Source: a virus (lineage: Duplodnaviria > Caudoviricetes). From it: a DNA stretch of 38,342 nt. Below are positions 22,826-31,935 of this stretch, piece after piece; positions within the stretch are counted from its first letter, which is position 1, and every line of letters begins with the position of its first letter. Under the pieces are notes generated by a model. The model was not told where the DNA came from. It searched no databases and worked only from the letters and a program-made list of their open reading frames with translations. The stretch covers positions 1 to 38,342 of IMG/VR virus record IMGVR_UViG_3300043414_000577. One strand, given 5' to 3'. Both the position numbers and the translations under genes were made by a program.

Positions 22826-23996
22826 TAAGTTTTGCCATCCACGTTGCTTTGGTTGCAGCAAGTTTGTCTTGTGCAGCCTTTAATTCAGTTTGATACTGTG
22901 CCTCTGCTGCTGCAATTCCTGCAGTTACTTGTGCTTGAATTGTAGCCTTTGCTGCTAATGCAGCGTCTGCTGCAGCCTTATCTGCAATTACTTTATCTGC
23001 TGCAGCCTTTGTTGCTGCTAACTCTGCTGCTGTTGGCCCTGATGGAACAACGGGTGCTGAAACTGCACTTGAGTTATATGATAATGCTTTCCCAAGATCG
23101 GCAAGCTTTGTGAATGATCCTTGTCGCCCAATTGTTTTTGATGCAGTTTTTATAAATGAATCTAGAATCTGATCGTATGTAGACGAAGGCTTTGCTGATT
23201 TATAAGCAATCCAATTTGCTGCCATCACCTGTGTTGCAGATGATGATCCTGAAATATTCTTTAAAACATTTCCTGGGCCAGCCGTAGTAAAAAATCCTGT
23301 AGCAAAGAAATCAAGCTTTACATCATCATTATTGCTTGAAGAAGAAATTTCATTTTGCTGGTCAACATATCCTACTGAAACCGAAGCATCTAGGCATGCA
23401 GGCCAATCAATTCTCTTATAGTCTCTTCCATTACCTGAAGGGAAGAATACTGGAATTTGCAATGACATTAAATCCTTGACTGCTTGCTCTGTTACTGGGG
23501 TTTTAGGACAGTAATCTGTTCCTGCTGCTCCAATATTATGATGTCCTTGTGACATACTTACCGCCTGAATATTATACTTAGATGCATTAGACTTTACCCA
23601 ATTCAATGCGTTGTATACTGTTGCCTCACCTGCTGGCTGACGAATACCTGCTTTATCTCCAATGATACGGACAAAAACAATATTTGCATTAGGGTTTGTT
23701 CGTACGAATACAGACGCCATCTGTGTTCCATGATCAAAGCCATTCATTGTAATTGTGCTTGCAGACATTGCTGCTGCTCCTACACCTTCCATAAATGACT
23801 GGCCGTTTGGACATAGACCGTATTGTAGAATACAAACTTCTTGAACTATCTTGCCCTGGAATGCAGGCAAAGATGAATCAATCGCTGTGTCCAAGATGGC
23901 TATTGTCGGTGCTGGTGTTGCAGCACTTGCAGTGTGTACCGCTAAAGGTACAATAAGTGATAGTGATAGTAATACAGTTATTAGTTTTTTATTCAT
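22818..23996 (-). CDS. Secreted subtilisin-like S8 peptidase
   Basis: Signal peptide; IAILDT (Asp), HGT (His), SGN oxyanion and SGSS.A (Ser); Ala-rich coiled tail; leaderless promoter. Confidence 0.85.
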   Translation of the reverse strand: MNKKLITVLLSLSLIVPLAVHTASAATPAPTIAILDTAIDSSLPAFQGKIVQEVCILQYGLCPNGQSFMEGVGAAAMSASTITMNGFDHGTQMASVFVRTNPNANIVFVRIIGDKAGIRQPAGEATVYNALNWVKSNASKYNIQAVSMSQGHHNIGAAGTDYCPKTPVTEQAVKDLMSLQIPVFFPSGNGRDYKRIDWPACLDASVSVGYVDQQNEISSSSNNDDVKLDFFATGFFTTAGPGNVLKNISGSSSATQVMAANWIAYKSAKPSSTYDQILDSFIKTASKTIGRQGSFTKLADLGKALSYNSSAVSAPVVPSGPTAAELAATKAAADKVIADKAAADAALAAKATIQAQVTAGIAAAEAQYQTELKAAQDKLAATKATWMAKLNG

Positions 23997-24026
23997 GCTT
24001 TAATTCTACTAAATAACGGCAGAATG

Positions 24027-24224
24027 TCAAGGGGTTTCTTTAAGGTTTGGGTACCATTTCCCAGAGTCGAGGCTGGATTGAAGCGCATTGAGCGTACCTG
24101 TGTCTTCTATAGCCATCTCTTGTGATTCCATTAAGTTATTTACAGAAAGTATAAGTAATTCAAGAGTCATTTCCATTTGAGTTACTTTAAGCTCAAGATC
24201 TTTAAGTCTTTTAGATTTTCTCAT
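24027..24224 (-). CDS. Hypothetical coiled-coil protein
   Basis: ATGA-coupled ORF. Confidence 0.7.
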   Translation of the reverse strand: MRKSKRLKDLELKVTQMEMTLELLILSVNNLMESQEMAIEDTGTLNALQSSLDSGKWYPNLKETP

Positions 24225-24577
24225 TCCATTTTCTCTCTATCTAGTAGGGTTGGTGCTGTAGCCATTGTGCCACAGTTGGCGCATTCCATATCAAGGAAAT
24301 AGGTTGCTACTTCAAAATCATCAAAGATTACTTTAACATTCCAGATGTTACACCCACACGGACATAAATGAGTTGGTGTACCTCTTAAGTCCATAGCGTG
24401 ATCGTAGTTCTCTGGCCTCAAGTCATTGATATCTCTTGGCATCATTGACCTTGCAATTTGTTCTTGAACTTCTTCAAGCTTATCTATGTAGTATATTCCA
24501 ACACTGTATCTTGACTTGATAGCCTTAAATGCAGCAATTATAGCAAACGCAATTAGTATTGATATCACAGTCTTCAT
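24221..24577 (-). CDS. Membrane-anchored zinc-binding protein (CPCGC...CANCG)
   Basis: N-terminal TM segment; DLRG.PTH.C.CG motif; leaderless promoter. Confidence 0.75.
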   Translation of the reverse strand: MKTVISILIAFAIIAAFKAIKSRYSVGIYYIDKLEEVQEQIARSMMPRDINDLRPENYDHAMDLRGTPTHLCPCGCNIWNVKVIFDDFEVATYFLDMECANCGTMATAPTLLDREKME

Positions 24578-24591
24578 GTATCAATTATACA

Positions 24592-25149
24592 CTAAACTTG
24601 AATATATGTATAGGGTGCTGCTACGCTCATATTGAACTCAGTTGCTGCTTCTAATGCAGCCTTTAAGCGAACCTTTGGGTTCTGTTGCTTCTTTGTTGCA
24701 TGTAATGCTCCTAATGCTAGCATTCCACCACTACCTTCCGCCATATAGTTAACTATATTTTCTCCAACATGAAAGTCTTCGTCTACGGTAAAAAGTCTAC
24801 CGCATACTCCAACAATAAAAATTCCACCTGTATCTTCTTCTGATGCCGATCCAACACTTCCATACCCGTGATCTTTGAATGCAGCCTTAACAGAATCAAT
24901 AAACTTAGTTCTCATAAACTTATCTAAACCAGAGTTAGTTTTAGTTGGTGTATACTTTGGAGGAGTCCACATGTATTGAAGGATCTGCCCCATACGAAAT
25001 GAATCTGTAAAAGCAATTCCATATTGACCATTTTTAAAAACTTTAGGTTCTTTTCTTGCAAGTATCCAGCCAGTTTTATCATCTGAGGCGGCATGGTCGG
25101 ACCCCATATATACAACACCATTTTGGGCAATAGCAACAATACAAGTCAT
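24592..25149 (-). CDS. Ntn-hydrolase (HslV / proteasome beta-like) protein
   Basis: N-terminal MTCIVA, GSD, KVF and A.GSG...ALGAL motifs. Confidence 0.85.
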   Translation of the reverse strand: MTCIVAIAQNGVVYMGSDHAASDDKTGWILARKEPKVFKNGQYGIAFTDSFRMGQILQYMWTPPKYTPTKTNSGLDKFMRTKFIDSVKAAFKDHGYGSVGSASEEDTGGIFIVGVCGRLFTVDEDFHVGENIVNYMAEGSGGMLALGALHATKKQQNPKVRLKAALEAATEFNMSVAAPYTYIQV

Positions 25150-25181
25150 ACTAATAGTATACTATTTATAAATTCGAAATG

Positions 25182-25499
25182 CTAGAGGTCATCGAGACGG
25201 TCTTCGTGCATCTCAATATGGGTTAATCTAAGCATAGTTCCCTCTAATTCAGATTTTACCTTAATTAGTTCCTGAATAGCCTCAAAATACTTCTCTTTCC
25301 ATTCCGTCAAATCCTTCTCTAATTTATACAATTTAATCTGAAGGTCTTTAATTTCAAGCAAAAGCTGGTCGTGAGCCTTATCTGCAGCCTGGACTTGCTT
25401 ATCTTTTTTTGATCGCCTAGAATTTATCCATGCAGTAAACACACCGCTTATTGACGCAGCAAACAGAGTTAATAGTATCTGATTTAGGGAAATATTCAT
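25182..25499 (-). CDS. Membrane-anchored coiled-coil protein
   Basis: N-terminal TM segment followed by heptad repeats. Confidence 0.75.
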   Translation of the reverse strand: MNISLNQILLTLFAASISGVFTAWINSRRSKKDKQVQAADKAHDQLLLEIKDLQIKLYKLEKDLTEWKEKYFEAIQELIKVKSELEGTMLRLTHIEMHEDRLDDL

Positions 25500-25528
25500 T
25501 ATATGAATATTATACCGTATTATTTATG

Positions 25529-25765
25529 TTAAATTAATAACTCAGAAGCTGTTATATCTGGGCCAATATATTTCTTTTTAGCAATAAATTCTTTAACATG
25601 ATCTGCCCCATATTGTCTTCCAGCAAGTATAACTATCCACCTTGGCTCAAATTTATTTTCCGTGCATGTTTTACATAGCAATAAATTTATGGCTAGCAGT
25701 GTAGATTTCTTTGCTGCAAGTTCATTCTTACTCTTATTGCATGAGTAGCATAATACCTTATCCAT
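25529..25765 (-). CDS. Zinc-finger hypothetical protein (CYSC...CKTC...EPRW)
   Basis: Start at MDKVLC overlapping the upstream stop. Confidence 0.75.
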   Translation of the reverse strand: MDKVLCYSCNKSKNELAAKKSTLLAINLLLCKTCTENKFEPRWIVILAGRQYGADHVKEFIAKKKYIGPDITASELLI

Positions 25766-26078
25766 TGTTCTTGCCCCCTGGCTTTCCTTCAAGTTCAACT
25801 CTGACTCCGTATGATTGTAGGATGTTCTTTACCATTTCTATATATTCGATTACTCTGACTCTCATTGAGCCGTCGTATTGTGCAAAATTATTTTCGTATA
25901 GCCTGATAGCCAAAAACTCTGGATACTTAACTATGTCCATCTCAAGATTTGGTGCTGGAGATTTTAGCTCTCTAACTTTTTTAGCCATCTCTTTAGTGTA
26001 GAATACTGGCTTATTTGGCTCACCAGTCCATTCATTTACTCCGTACTTGAAGTGGTCTTTGTTCTTATCAATAAACAT
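25758..26078 (-). CDS. Conserved hypothetical phage protein
   Basis: AAGGA RBS; 106 aa; directly downstream of whiB. Confidence 0.8.
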   Translation of the reverse strand: MFIDKNKDHFKYGVNEWTGEPNKPVFYTKEMAKKVRELKSPAPNLEMDIVKYPEFLAIRLYENNFAQYDGSMRVRVIEYIEMVKNILQSYGVRVELEGKPGGKNNG

Positions 26079-26379
26079 GCTTTTCCTTTATTCTTTTCCA
26101 GACATCCTTTGTCTTGTGTGCATTCCTTGATTTGTCAGTAGATCCTGAATTCAAGAACACGCCTCCCCAAACTCCATAGTCTGAATTCTCTACTCCGCTA
26201 TCATGACATATTTTGATAACTGGACAAGAGAGACAAGCCTCATCAATACTTTTTGCAATATTGATATCGGATTCATATTTATCAAAAAATAAATTAGTGT
26301 CCATACCTTTACATAAAGCTAAGTCCCACCATTTGGGATCTTCTTTTTCTATACCTAAATTATTTAAAATACTTGACAT
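26068..26379 (-). CDS. whiB: WhiB-family transcription factor
   Basis: W...ALC...LFF...CLSCPV...C...GVWGG: four Cys plus the G(V/I)WGG turn. Confidence 0.92.
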   Translation of the reverse strand: MSSILNNLGIEKEDPKWWDLALCKGMDTNLFFDKYESDINIAKSIDEACLSCPVIKICHDSGVENSDYGVWGGVFLNSGSTDKSRNAHKTKDVWKRIKEKHVY

Positions 26380-26593
26380 ATTTTTTTGGCAGCTTCCAAG
26401 TTCCTTCACGGTTGACAGAAAATTTTTCTGACTTACCCCAAGCATTTTGTCTGTACATTCCGTTAGTGGATGTATAGCCGCCGTTATCTTTTTGCCATAT
26501 CACAAGATCATAGTTGTTCCAAAATGATTCTTGTAATTTTGTTTGAGATCTTTTAATAAAAACCTCAACACCTTTCTCCGTTAGATGTAACAA
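26360..26593 (-). CDS. Hypothetical protein
   Basis: 77-aa ORF directly upstream of whiB; AAGGGA RBS. Confidence 0.75.
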   Translation of the reverse strand: MLHLTEKGVEVFIKRSQTKLQESFWNNYDLVIWQKDNGGYTSTNGMYRQNAWGKSEKFSVNREGTWKLPKKYVKYFK

Positions 26594-26612
26594 ATTCCCT
26601 TACCTTTTCTAG

Positions 26613-26694
26613 TACCCGAAGTCGGACTTGAACCGACATGCTGTGAAGCAACAAATTTTAAGTCTGTCGTGTATACCGATTCCACCATTCGGGC
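26613..26694 (-). tRNA. tRNA-Leu(TAA)
   Basis: Acceptor GCCCGAA/TTCGGGT, anticodon arm ACAGA-CTTAAAA-TTTGT, long variable arm, GTCGG-TTCAAGT-CCGAC. Confidence 0.92.
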
Positions 26695-26699
26695 ATATG

Positions 26700-26772
26700 C
26701 TGGTCCACCAGGTCTCGATCCTGGGACATCCAAATTAACAGTTTGGCGCTCTACCAACTGAGCTATGGACCA
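26700..26772 (-). tRNA. tRNA-Asn(GTT)
   Basis: Acceptor TGGTCCA/TGGACCA, anticodon arm CCAAA-CTGTTAA-TTTGG; atypical T-loop ATCGAGA. Confidence 0.88.
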
Positions 26773-26799
26773 ATATGCACAAAACCACCGTACTATATA

Positions 26800-26829
26800 A
26801 GTATACACTTTGTACAGTGGCCTTGTCAA
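26800..26829 (-). promoter_or_regulatory. SigA-type promoter for the tRNA-Asn/Leu-whiB unit
   Basis: TTGACA-N18-TATACT. Confidence 0.7.
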
Positions 26830-26975
26830 TGATTGATTGGTGATATTTTTACGACATTAATTTTTTTAATTTCGTCATCTATATTAAATATATCATGAAT
26901 ATATTCGCTTGCATCTTCGGTGTTAAAGGCTTCTACTTCTACCTCTATATCCAATTTAATACGATATTTATTCAT
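26826..26975 (-). CDS. Small hypothetical protein (49 aa, MNKYRIKLDIEVEVEA...)
   Basis: Leaderless TGCTATAAT-N6-ATG. Confidence 0.7.
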   Translation of the reverse strand: MNKYRIKLDIEVEVEAFNTEDASEYIHDIFNIDDEIKKINVVKISPINH

Positions 26976-26990
26976 AATACAATTATAGCA

Positions 26991-27281
26991 TTATTTAGAA
27001 GCTTTTTTATCTACTGATAAAAATGCAGAATTTATTTCTGATACTGTCAGTTTACCGTCATCCAGAAAACCTCGTGCAAGCCTTTCAACTACGGTGGCAA
27101 CGCCAAGGGTACCTGCTAATATAACTGCTTTGTAGGTTTCAATACCTACAATTGCTCCTGCTCCAATTACTGATAACCCAGAGGCTGCAAATACAGCAAT
27201 AATTCTAGCTAGAATATTATTGATGCTTGCTATTTTGCCTCCGCCTACCTGTGTTGGTTCTTCAATATATGCCTTTGCCAT
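26991..27281 (-). CDS. Small membrane protein (two TM segments, DDGKLT..EIN tail); holin-like candidate
   Basis: Hydrophobic segments; TAATG coupling. Confidence 0.65.
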   Translation of the reverse strand: MAKAYIEEPTQVGGGKIASINNILARIIAVFAASGLSVIGAGAIVGIETYKAVILAGTLGVATVVERLARGFLDDGKLTVSEINSAFLSVDKKASK

Positions 27282-27454
27282 TATTCGTCATCTCTATGTC
27301 TAACAGGGTATGTAATTCCCCAAGCAATTAATGTACCTATAATTGCATATCCTACTACTGTTTTTGCAGAACCATCAAGGACTACCCAGGCAATAAACAT
27401 ACCTAGAAGTGTCCAAAGTTGATCTATCATATCTTTGATTATTTTCTTTATCAT
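27281..27454 (-). CDS. 57-aa two-TM membrane protein ([20 protein letters not shown])
   Basis: ATGA/TAATG coupling between its neighbours. Confidence 0.7.
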   Translation of the reverse strand: MIKKIIKDMIDQLWTLLGMFIAWVVLDGSAKTVVGYAIIGTLIAWGITYPVRHRDDE

Positions 27455-29577
27455 GGTCTTCTTCTCCTTATTCCCTTGGAATCGCCAGAGGCTCCTCCAC
27501 CACCTGATCCTCCAGAACTATTGCCTGTGGACCCTCCAGTGGTTCCTGAAGCGGCACCTACAGCATTCAATGCTGCACCTGTTGCTACAACTGTTGCTAC
27601 AACCATCTCGGTTGCTTCTGTTCTTTCTTCATCCGTCATGTCAGCACCTATGCTTCCAATAGCAGCAAGCGCTGCCTTTGGATCTGTAAATATTGCTTCT
27701 ACTAACGCTCCTGGATCTGTAACTAATTCAATATTTGCTGCTACCTCAGCAGTAATAATTAATACTTCACCAGACTCTGATGTTCTAACTTCAATTGGGG
27801 TATCTGGTGGCAAATCTTTAAGTTCAACTCCAGCTGCTACAACTTCTGCTATTGAAATTGATTCTCCTGGGGCTAAGGTTTCTATTAATGCCGCTACAAC
27901 AATATCCTTTTGCTCTTCAGTTAATTCTTTACCAGACTCTAAATCTTTCTTTATCTCATCAATGATCTTTTCTTCTTCTGCTATAGCAGCCAATTCTTCT
28001 GCAATTTCCGCCTTTTCCTCTGCTATGGCTGCTTCTTTTTCTGCTATAGCGTTTGCTATTTCTTGTTCCATGGCCTCTTGCTCCGCTTCAATTCTATCAG
28101 CTTCCGCTTTAGCATTTGCTTCTTCTTGCGCCTCAGCTTCTGCTTGTGCAATACGGTCTGCTTCCGTTTGTGCTGCCGCTTCCATCTCTGCCTGTGCTGC
28201 TGCAAGTTCTGCTGCTATACGATCAGCCTCAGCATTTGCATTTATCTCTGCTTGTATTCTTGCTGCTTCTTCTGCTACTGCCGCTTCTTCTGCTGCAACC
28301 TTAGCGGCAAGTTCTGCTGCTATTCTGCTTGCTTCTGCATTTGCTGCTGCAATTCCTGCAAGTCTATTTGCCTCTGCTTGTGCTGCTGCTGCTTGTTGTG
28401 CAATTAATGCTGCTGCCTCTGCTTGTATTCTTGCTGCTTCCGCTTGTTGTGCAAATAATTGAGCCGCTACTTGTGCAGCAATTTCTTCTGCAGTTGGCCC
28501 AGATGGCGCTGTTGCTACTGGCTCTGGTGCTGCTGTTTGTGTAGGCACTGGAGTAGGTGTAGGCACTGGAGTAGGTGTAGGGGTAGGCTCTGGTGTTGGA
28601 GTAGGAGTAGGTGTTGGAGTAGGTGTTGGAGTAGGCTCTGGAGTAGGAGTAGGAGTAGGTGTTGGAGTAGGTGTTGGAGTTGGTGTGGGGGTAGGTTCTG
28701 GAGCAGTGGCTACATATGTAGAACCAGTAACAACATTTGAATTTGCAGAGTAAAGCGCTAACGTATCGTTATCTGATCTAATGTGAAATGACCATACTGT
28801 TCCTGCAGGGCGAAGGCCGTCTAACAAGGAGTGAGCAATTGTAATTGTTGTGTTTAAAGAATTTGGTCCGCCAACATTTCCAGTAGCAATTCCCCAGCCA
28901 TTACACCCAGAACAATTAAAACTTATCGCATATCTTTCTGGTTGCGTGTTACCAGTATTTGGTGCCTCCCAGCTTAATACAGTTGATGTATCATTGCTAG
29001 ATATTGTTAAATTTCTTGGGGCTCCAATGGTTTTAACAACTGTTGGTGTTACAGATAAAGAGGCATTGGTGAATATAGTTCCATAGCATCCAGCCCATCC
29101 TAATCCGTCTGTTCCGCTTATTGTTATTGTTACGTTTTCATTTGGAGATGTGGTTGTTACTGTTAGCGTTTTATTAATGCCGCTAGTAGAATAGTTGCCG
29201 CCTGTTGAATTATTTTGATTAGAGTCTTGAAGTCTAATTGTTGCTTGTGCTCCAGGAACATCTGATCTGTTTCGAGCATTTACTGTAAATACTACAGATG
29301 AAGGTTGAGATATTACTACTACTTGTGTGACTGGCCTGTCTGTGCCGTATGACATAACTAAAGCATTTTCTTGCCAAACTCCAAGGCTTGGTCCAGCATC
29401 GGCGCAGGCATCATTATTATTTACAGCCCCAGTAATATTTGCTCCAGACCACCCTCCGCCAGTTGACGAGAAGGATCCGTTTATTAGTGTGTCTGCAGCA
29501 TTAGCTTGGGAGGGACCAGCAAAAAGCCAACCAACTGAGAGTAGGAAGGCTGTAAATATTCTTAATTTTCTAGTCAA
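27451..29577 (-). CDS. Large secreted/surface protein: beta domain, FN3-like domain, Pro-Thr linker, Ala/Glu coiled coil, hydrophobic/Gly-rich/basic C-terminus
   Basis: Signal peptide ending ANA; GAPRNL...LSWEAP FN3 pattern; (PT)n; C-terminal RRRRP. Confidence 0.85.
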   Translation of the reverse strand: MTRKLRIFTAFLLSVGWLFAGPSQANAADTLINGSFSSTGGGWSGANITGAVNNNDACADAGPSLGVWQENALVMSYGTDRPVTQVVVISQPSSVVFTVNARNRSDVPGAQATIRLQDSNQNNSTGGNYSTSGINKTLTVTTTSPNENVTITISGTDGLGWAGCYGTIFTNASLSVTPTVVKTIGAPRNLTISSNDTSTVLSWEAPNTGNTQPERYAISFNCSGCNGWGIATGNVGGPNSLNTTITIAHSLLDGLRPAGTVWSFHIRSDNDTLALYSANSNVVTGSTYVATAPEPTPTPTPTPTPTPTPTPTPEPTPTPTPTPTPTPTPEPTPTPTPVPTPTPVPTQTAAPEPVATAPSGPTAEEIAAQVAAQLFAQQAEAARIQAEAAALIAQQAAAAQAEANRLAGIAAANAEASRIAAELAAKVAAEEAAVAEEAARIQAEINANAEADRIAAELAAAQAEMEAAAQTEADRIAQAEAEAQEEANAKAEADRIEAEQEAMEQEIANAIAEKEAAIAEEKAEIAEELAAIAEEEKIIDEIKKDLESGKELTEEQKDIVVAALIETLAPGESISIAEVVAAGVELKDLPPDTPIEVRTSESGEVLIITAEVAANIELVTDPGALVEAIFTDPKAALAAIGSIGADMTDEERTEATEMVVATVVATGAALNAVGAASGTTGGSTGNSSGGSGGGGASGDSKGIRRRRP
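28540..28701 (-). repeat. Coding (Pro-Thr)n tandem repeat
   Basis: 6-bp periodic CCTACA/CCAACA/CCTACT units encoding PTPTPT... Confidence 0.9.
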
Positions 29578-29634
29578 CTAAGGATCCCCTAAGTAATGCA
29601 ATATTTTTGCTTACTTAATAATTATACCACTTAA

Positions 29635-29823
29635 CTATTTAGGATTATCTGTTTTATAAAAGCCGTTACCCTTAAACTGTATACCAAATGGGGTGAAGTA
29701 TCTTGTCATTGTTGACTCGCATTCTACGCATATGTATCCTGGGTCATCATCTTTAATTGATCTATGTACTGACATTGTGGCATGTGCATCATCATATGAA
29801 CACTTGTATTCGTATACTGGCAT
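29635..29823 (-). CDS. FmdB-family zinc-ribbon protein
   Basis: MPVYEYKC...C.EC...FKG.GFY.TD. Confidence 0.85.
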   Translation of the reverse strand: MPVYEYKCSYDDAHATMSVHRSIKDDDPGYICVECESTMTRYFTPFGIQFKGNGFYKTDNPK

Positions 29824-30026
29824 TACCTTCTGCCCCACTTAACTTTATTCCACCCACGCTCATGAAAATAATAAAGTACTGTTTTGGTCAATACCTCAAA
29901 ACCTGCAATTGAAGCAGCAGTTATTGCTTTATGTGTTATAAAATATGACAATACAAAAGTATCCGCTGTTCCTATTACTCTCCAGCTTACTGCTTTTAAT
30001 GCTGATCTTTGTTTAGTTACTTGCAT
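29823..30026 (-). CDS. DUF2061-family small membrane protein
   Basis: RSALKAVSWRVIGT.DT...YYFHERGW...WG. Confidence 0.85.
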   Translation of the reverse strand: MQVTKQRSALKAVSWRVIGTADTFVLSYFITHKAITAASIAGFEVLTKTVLYYFHERGWNKVKWGRR

Positions 30027-30085
30027 CTTTATCCTTAAAGTAGAGCCTTGCTTCTTTATCTGCTAGGTCATTATTTAAAAAGAAA

Positions 30086-30847
30086 TTAGATACCAAGTTC
30101 TTTACGTTTCTCAGTAGCTGAAATAGCATGTATAGTTGCCCCCAAATCTACTTGCTCAATCTTGTATCCTACATCACGACCATATACAATATTGGTAATG
30201 TTAGGCAATCTTAATACCAATGCGCCATCCATAAATTCATCTTTGGCAATATATTCTTTTACCTGATCAAACTTAAGTGGGTCTTTTTCACTTGTGTTGT
30301 ATGTATTACGTACACCGAGGAGGACCTGCTCTGTTCGTTTACCCGCCTCTTTATAGAGTGCGTGATGTCCTTCGTGCCATGGCTGATATCTGCCAAGCAT
30401 CAAAGTGGTTGGTGCAGACCAATCGTGGAGTTTAAATTCTTCAATAATTACAGAAGCTTTTTCGTTTGGGTCTAGCCTATGATTTACAAACATCCAATTC
30501 ATATTTTTTGGCTTTTGAAACATTTTATTTGTGTCTTCAAATCTGCCTTCTTCAATTGTATCCATAAAGATTAAGATATCTGGGTTTCCAAAAGCCTGTC
30601 GTGTTCCTTCTGTCGGGCAAACAAAATCTACAATTACTGGTGCAACACCTTGGTCAGCAATTAGCTTTGCCATTGCTCCCATTCTACGTGCTTGCTCAAG
30701 CCTATCATCAGGTGTAAATCCTAAATCTGAATTGACTGTTGATCTAACTTCATCAGCATTAAGATGTATAGCGTTGATGCGTTCTTTTAATGCTTTTGCA
30801 AGCTCTGTCTTACCTGAGCCAGGCAGCCCAATAATCTGAATAATCAT
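30086..30847 (-). CDS. cysC: Adenylyl-sulfate (APS) kinase fused to an HxGH nucleotidyltransferase-like domain
   Basis: GLPGSGKT P-loop, LNADEVR...DLGF...DR.EQARR, DFVCPT; C-terminal GRYQPWHEGH. Confidence 0.8.
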   Translation of the reverse strand: MIIQIIGLPGSGKTELAKALKERINAIHLNADEVRSTVNSDLGFTPDDRLEQARRMGAMAKLIADQGVAPVIVDFVCPTEGTRQAFGNPDILIFMDTIEEGRFEDTNKMFQKPKNMNWMFVNHRLDPNEKASVIIEEFKLHDWSAPTTLMLGRYQPWHEGHHALYKEAGKRTEQVLLGVRNTYNTSEKDPLKFDQVKEYIAKDEFMDGALVLRLPNITNIVYGRDVGYKIEQVDLGATIHAISATEKRKELGI

Positions 30848-30864
30848 AATACTCCTTAGTTAGT

Positions 30865-30891
30865 GAGCACTTTAAACACATGCTCAGGTGT
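30865..30891 (-). ncRNA. 27-nt H-type pseudoknot motif, copy 3
   Basis: Minus strand ACAC-CT-GAGCA-T-GTGT-TTAAAG-TGCTC, just upstream of the cysC RBS. Confidence 0.55.
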
Positions 30892-30943
30892 AAACTGTAC
30901 GTTTCCTACATATCCCGATGTCCACCGACGTACAGAATATTAT

Positions 30944-31351
30944 TTATTTTTTAGACTTAGCCCTTACCTTGGCAAGCGCTTCAAAGTCTTTTACCTTAGT
31001 ATCCCCTAGGTATCCCCAAGCATATCCATCGGCAATCATTTGTTCATTAACTGAAACCTTAGACCCATCTAGGAATAACCATCCTAAAATACGACCATAT
31101 TTTTCTGATGAGTCCATCTTTTCTGTCTTAATAACAACTTCTTTAGCGTCTTTAATCTTAGACTTAACATACTCTTTAGCCTCAAGGCCCAAAACCTTTT
31201 CGGCTTTATTAGTTGTTCTACTTTCTGGAGTATCAATTCCAGCAAGTCTGACCCTTGAACTAAATGATATGTCAAAACCTAGATCAATCTCTACGTCTAT
31301 TGTATCTCCGTCTACTACGTTAGTTACTTTCTTAACATGGTATTCGTACAT
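30944..31351 (-). CDS. Thermonuclease (SNase-like) family protein
   Basis: VVDGDTID, RVRLAGIDTPE and KYGRILG motifs. Confidence 0.92.
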   Translation of the reverse strand: MYEYHVKKVTNVVDGDTIDVEIDLGFDISFSSRVRLAGIDTPESRTTNKAEKVLGLEAKEYVKSKIKDAKEVVIKTEKMDSSEKYGRILGWLFLDGSKVSVNEQMIADGYAWGYLGDTKVKDFEALAKVRAKSKK

Positions 31352-31923
31352 TACTTCTTCTTTACTGCAGCCTTCTTTACGGGAGCTGCCTTCTTAACAA
31401 CTGGCTTGCCAAATGATGGTCTTCCGAATCCGACAATGGCTACGATCTGGCTTCTGCGAAGCTTTGAGCCATTCTTCTTCTTATAGGCACGATTCTTAAG
31501 GCAACATTCTCCGCCATTTCTTTGATCGCCTTTCTTATCTCCAGAAGTATTTCCTTCTACAACATCTACTGTGCCATCTGTATTTACTGCAACAACAATT
31601 CCTACGTGAGAAATTCTATCGACGCCATCTGATGGGAAATCAAAATAGGCAATATCTCCAACCTCTGGTGTTGCTACTTCTGCCATCTGCCAAGTTCCTG
31701 CTTTAATAAATGCCTGTGCTCCTGCTGGAGTATAAACAGTATTAGGAATCTTTACGCCAGATTCTGACCCACACCAGTTAACGAAACTTCCGCACCATGG
31801 TTGGAAGTTAGCCTTTGCAAACTTACCATACTTTGTTTCATTATCCTTTGGACCTTCAATAGTTCCAACTTCGGCTAATGCCACCTCTACTAATCTTGCT
31901 GCTGATCCTTGTTCTGCTGCCAT
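31351..31923 (-). CDS. CHAP-domain endolysin/amidase
   Basis: PWCGSFV (Cys), SHVGIV (His), EGNT; basic VKKAA tail. Confidence 0.88.
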   Translation of the reverse strand: MAAEQGSAARLVEVALAEVGTIEGPKDNETKYGKFAKANFQPWCGSFVNWCGSESGVKIPNTVYTPAGAQAFIKAGTWQMAEVATPEVGDIAYFDFPSDGVDRISHVGIVVAVNTDGTVDVVEGNTSGDKKGDQRNGGECCLKNRAYKKKNGSKLRRSQIVAIVGFGRPSFGKPVVKKAAPVKKAAVKKK

Positions 31924-31935
31924 TTTATTCTCCTT

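Noticed and set aside
26581-26829. 82-aa minus-strand ORF
   Set aside because: Runs through tRNA-Asn and tRNA-Leu and starts inside their promoter.
27419-28740. Long plus-strand ORFs (347 aa and the Cys-rich or RCWS-repeat frames)
   Set aside because: Antisense shadows of the Ala/Glu- and Pro/Thr-rich 708-aa gene; no RBS or promoter support.
30918-31397. 159-aa plus-strand ORF
   Set aside because: Entirely antisense to the well-supported thermonuclease gene.
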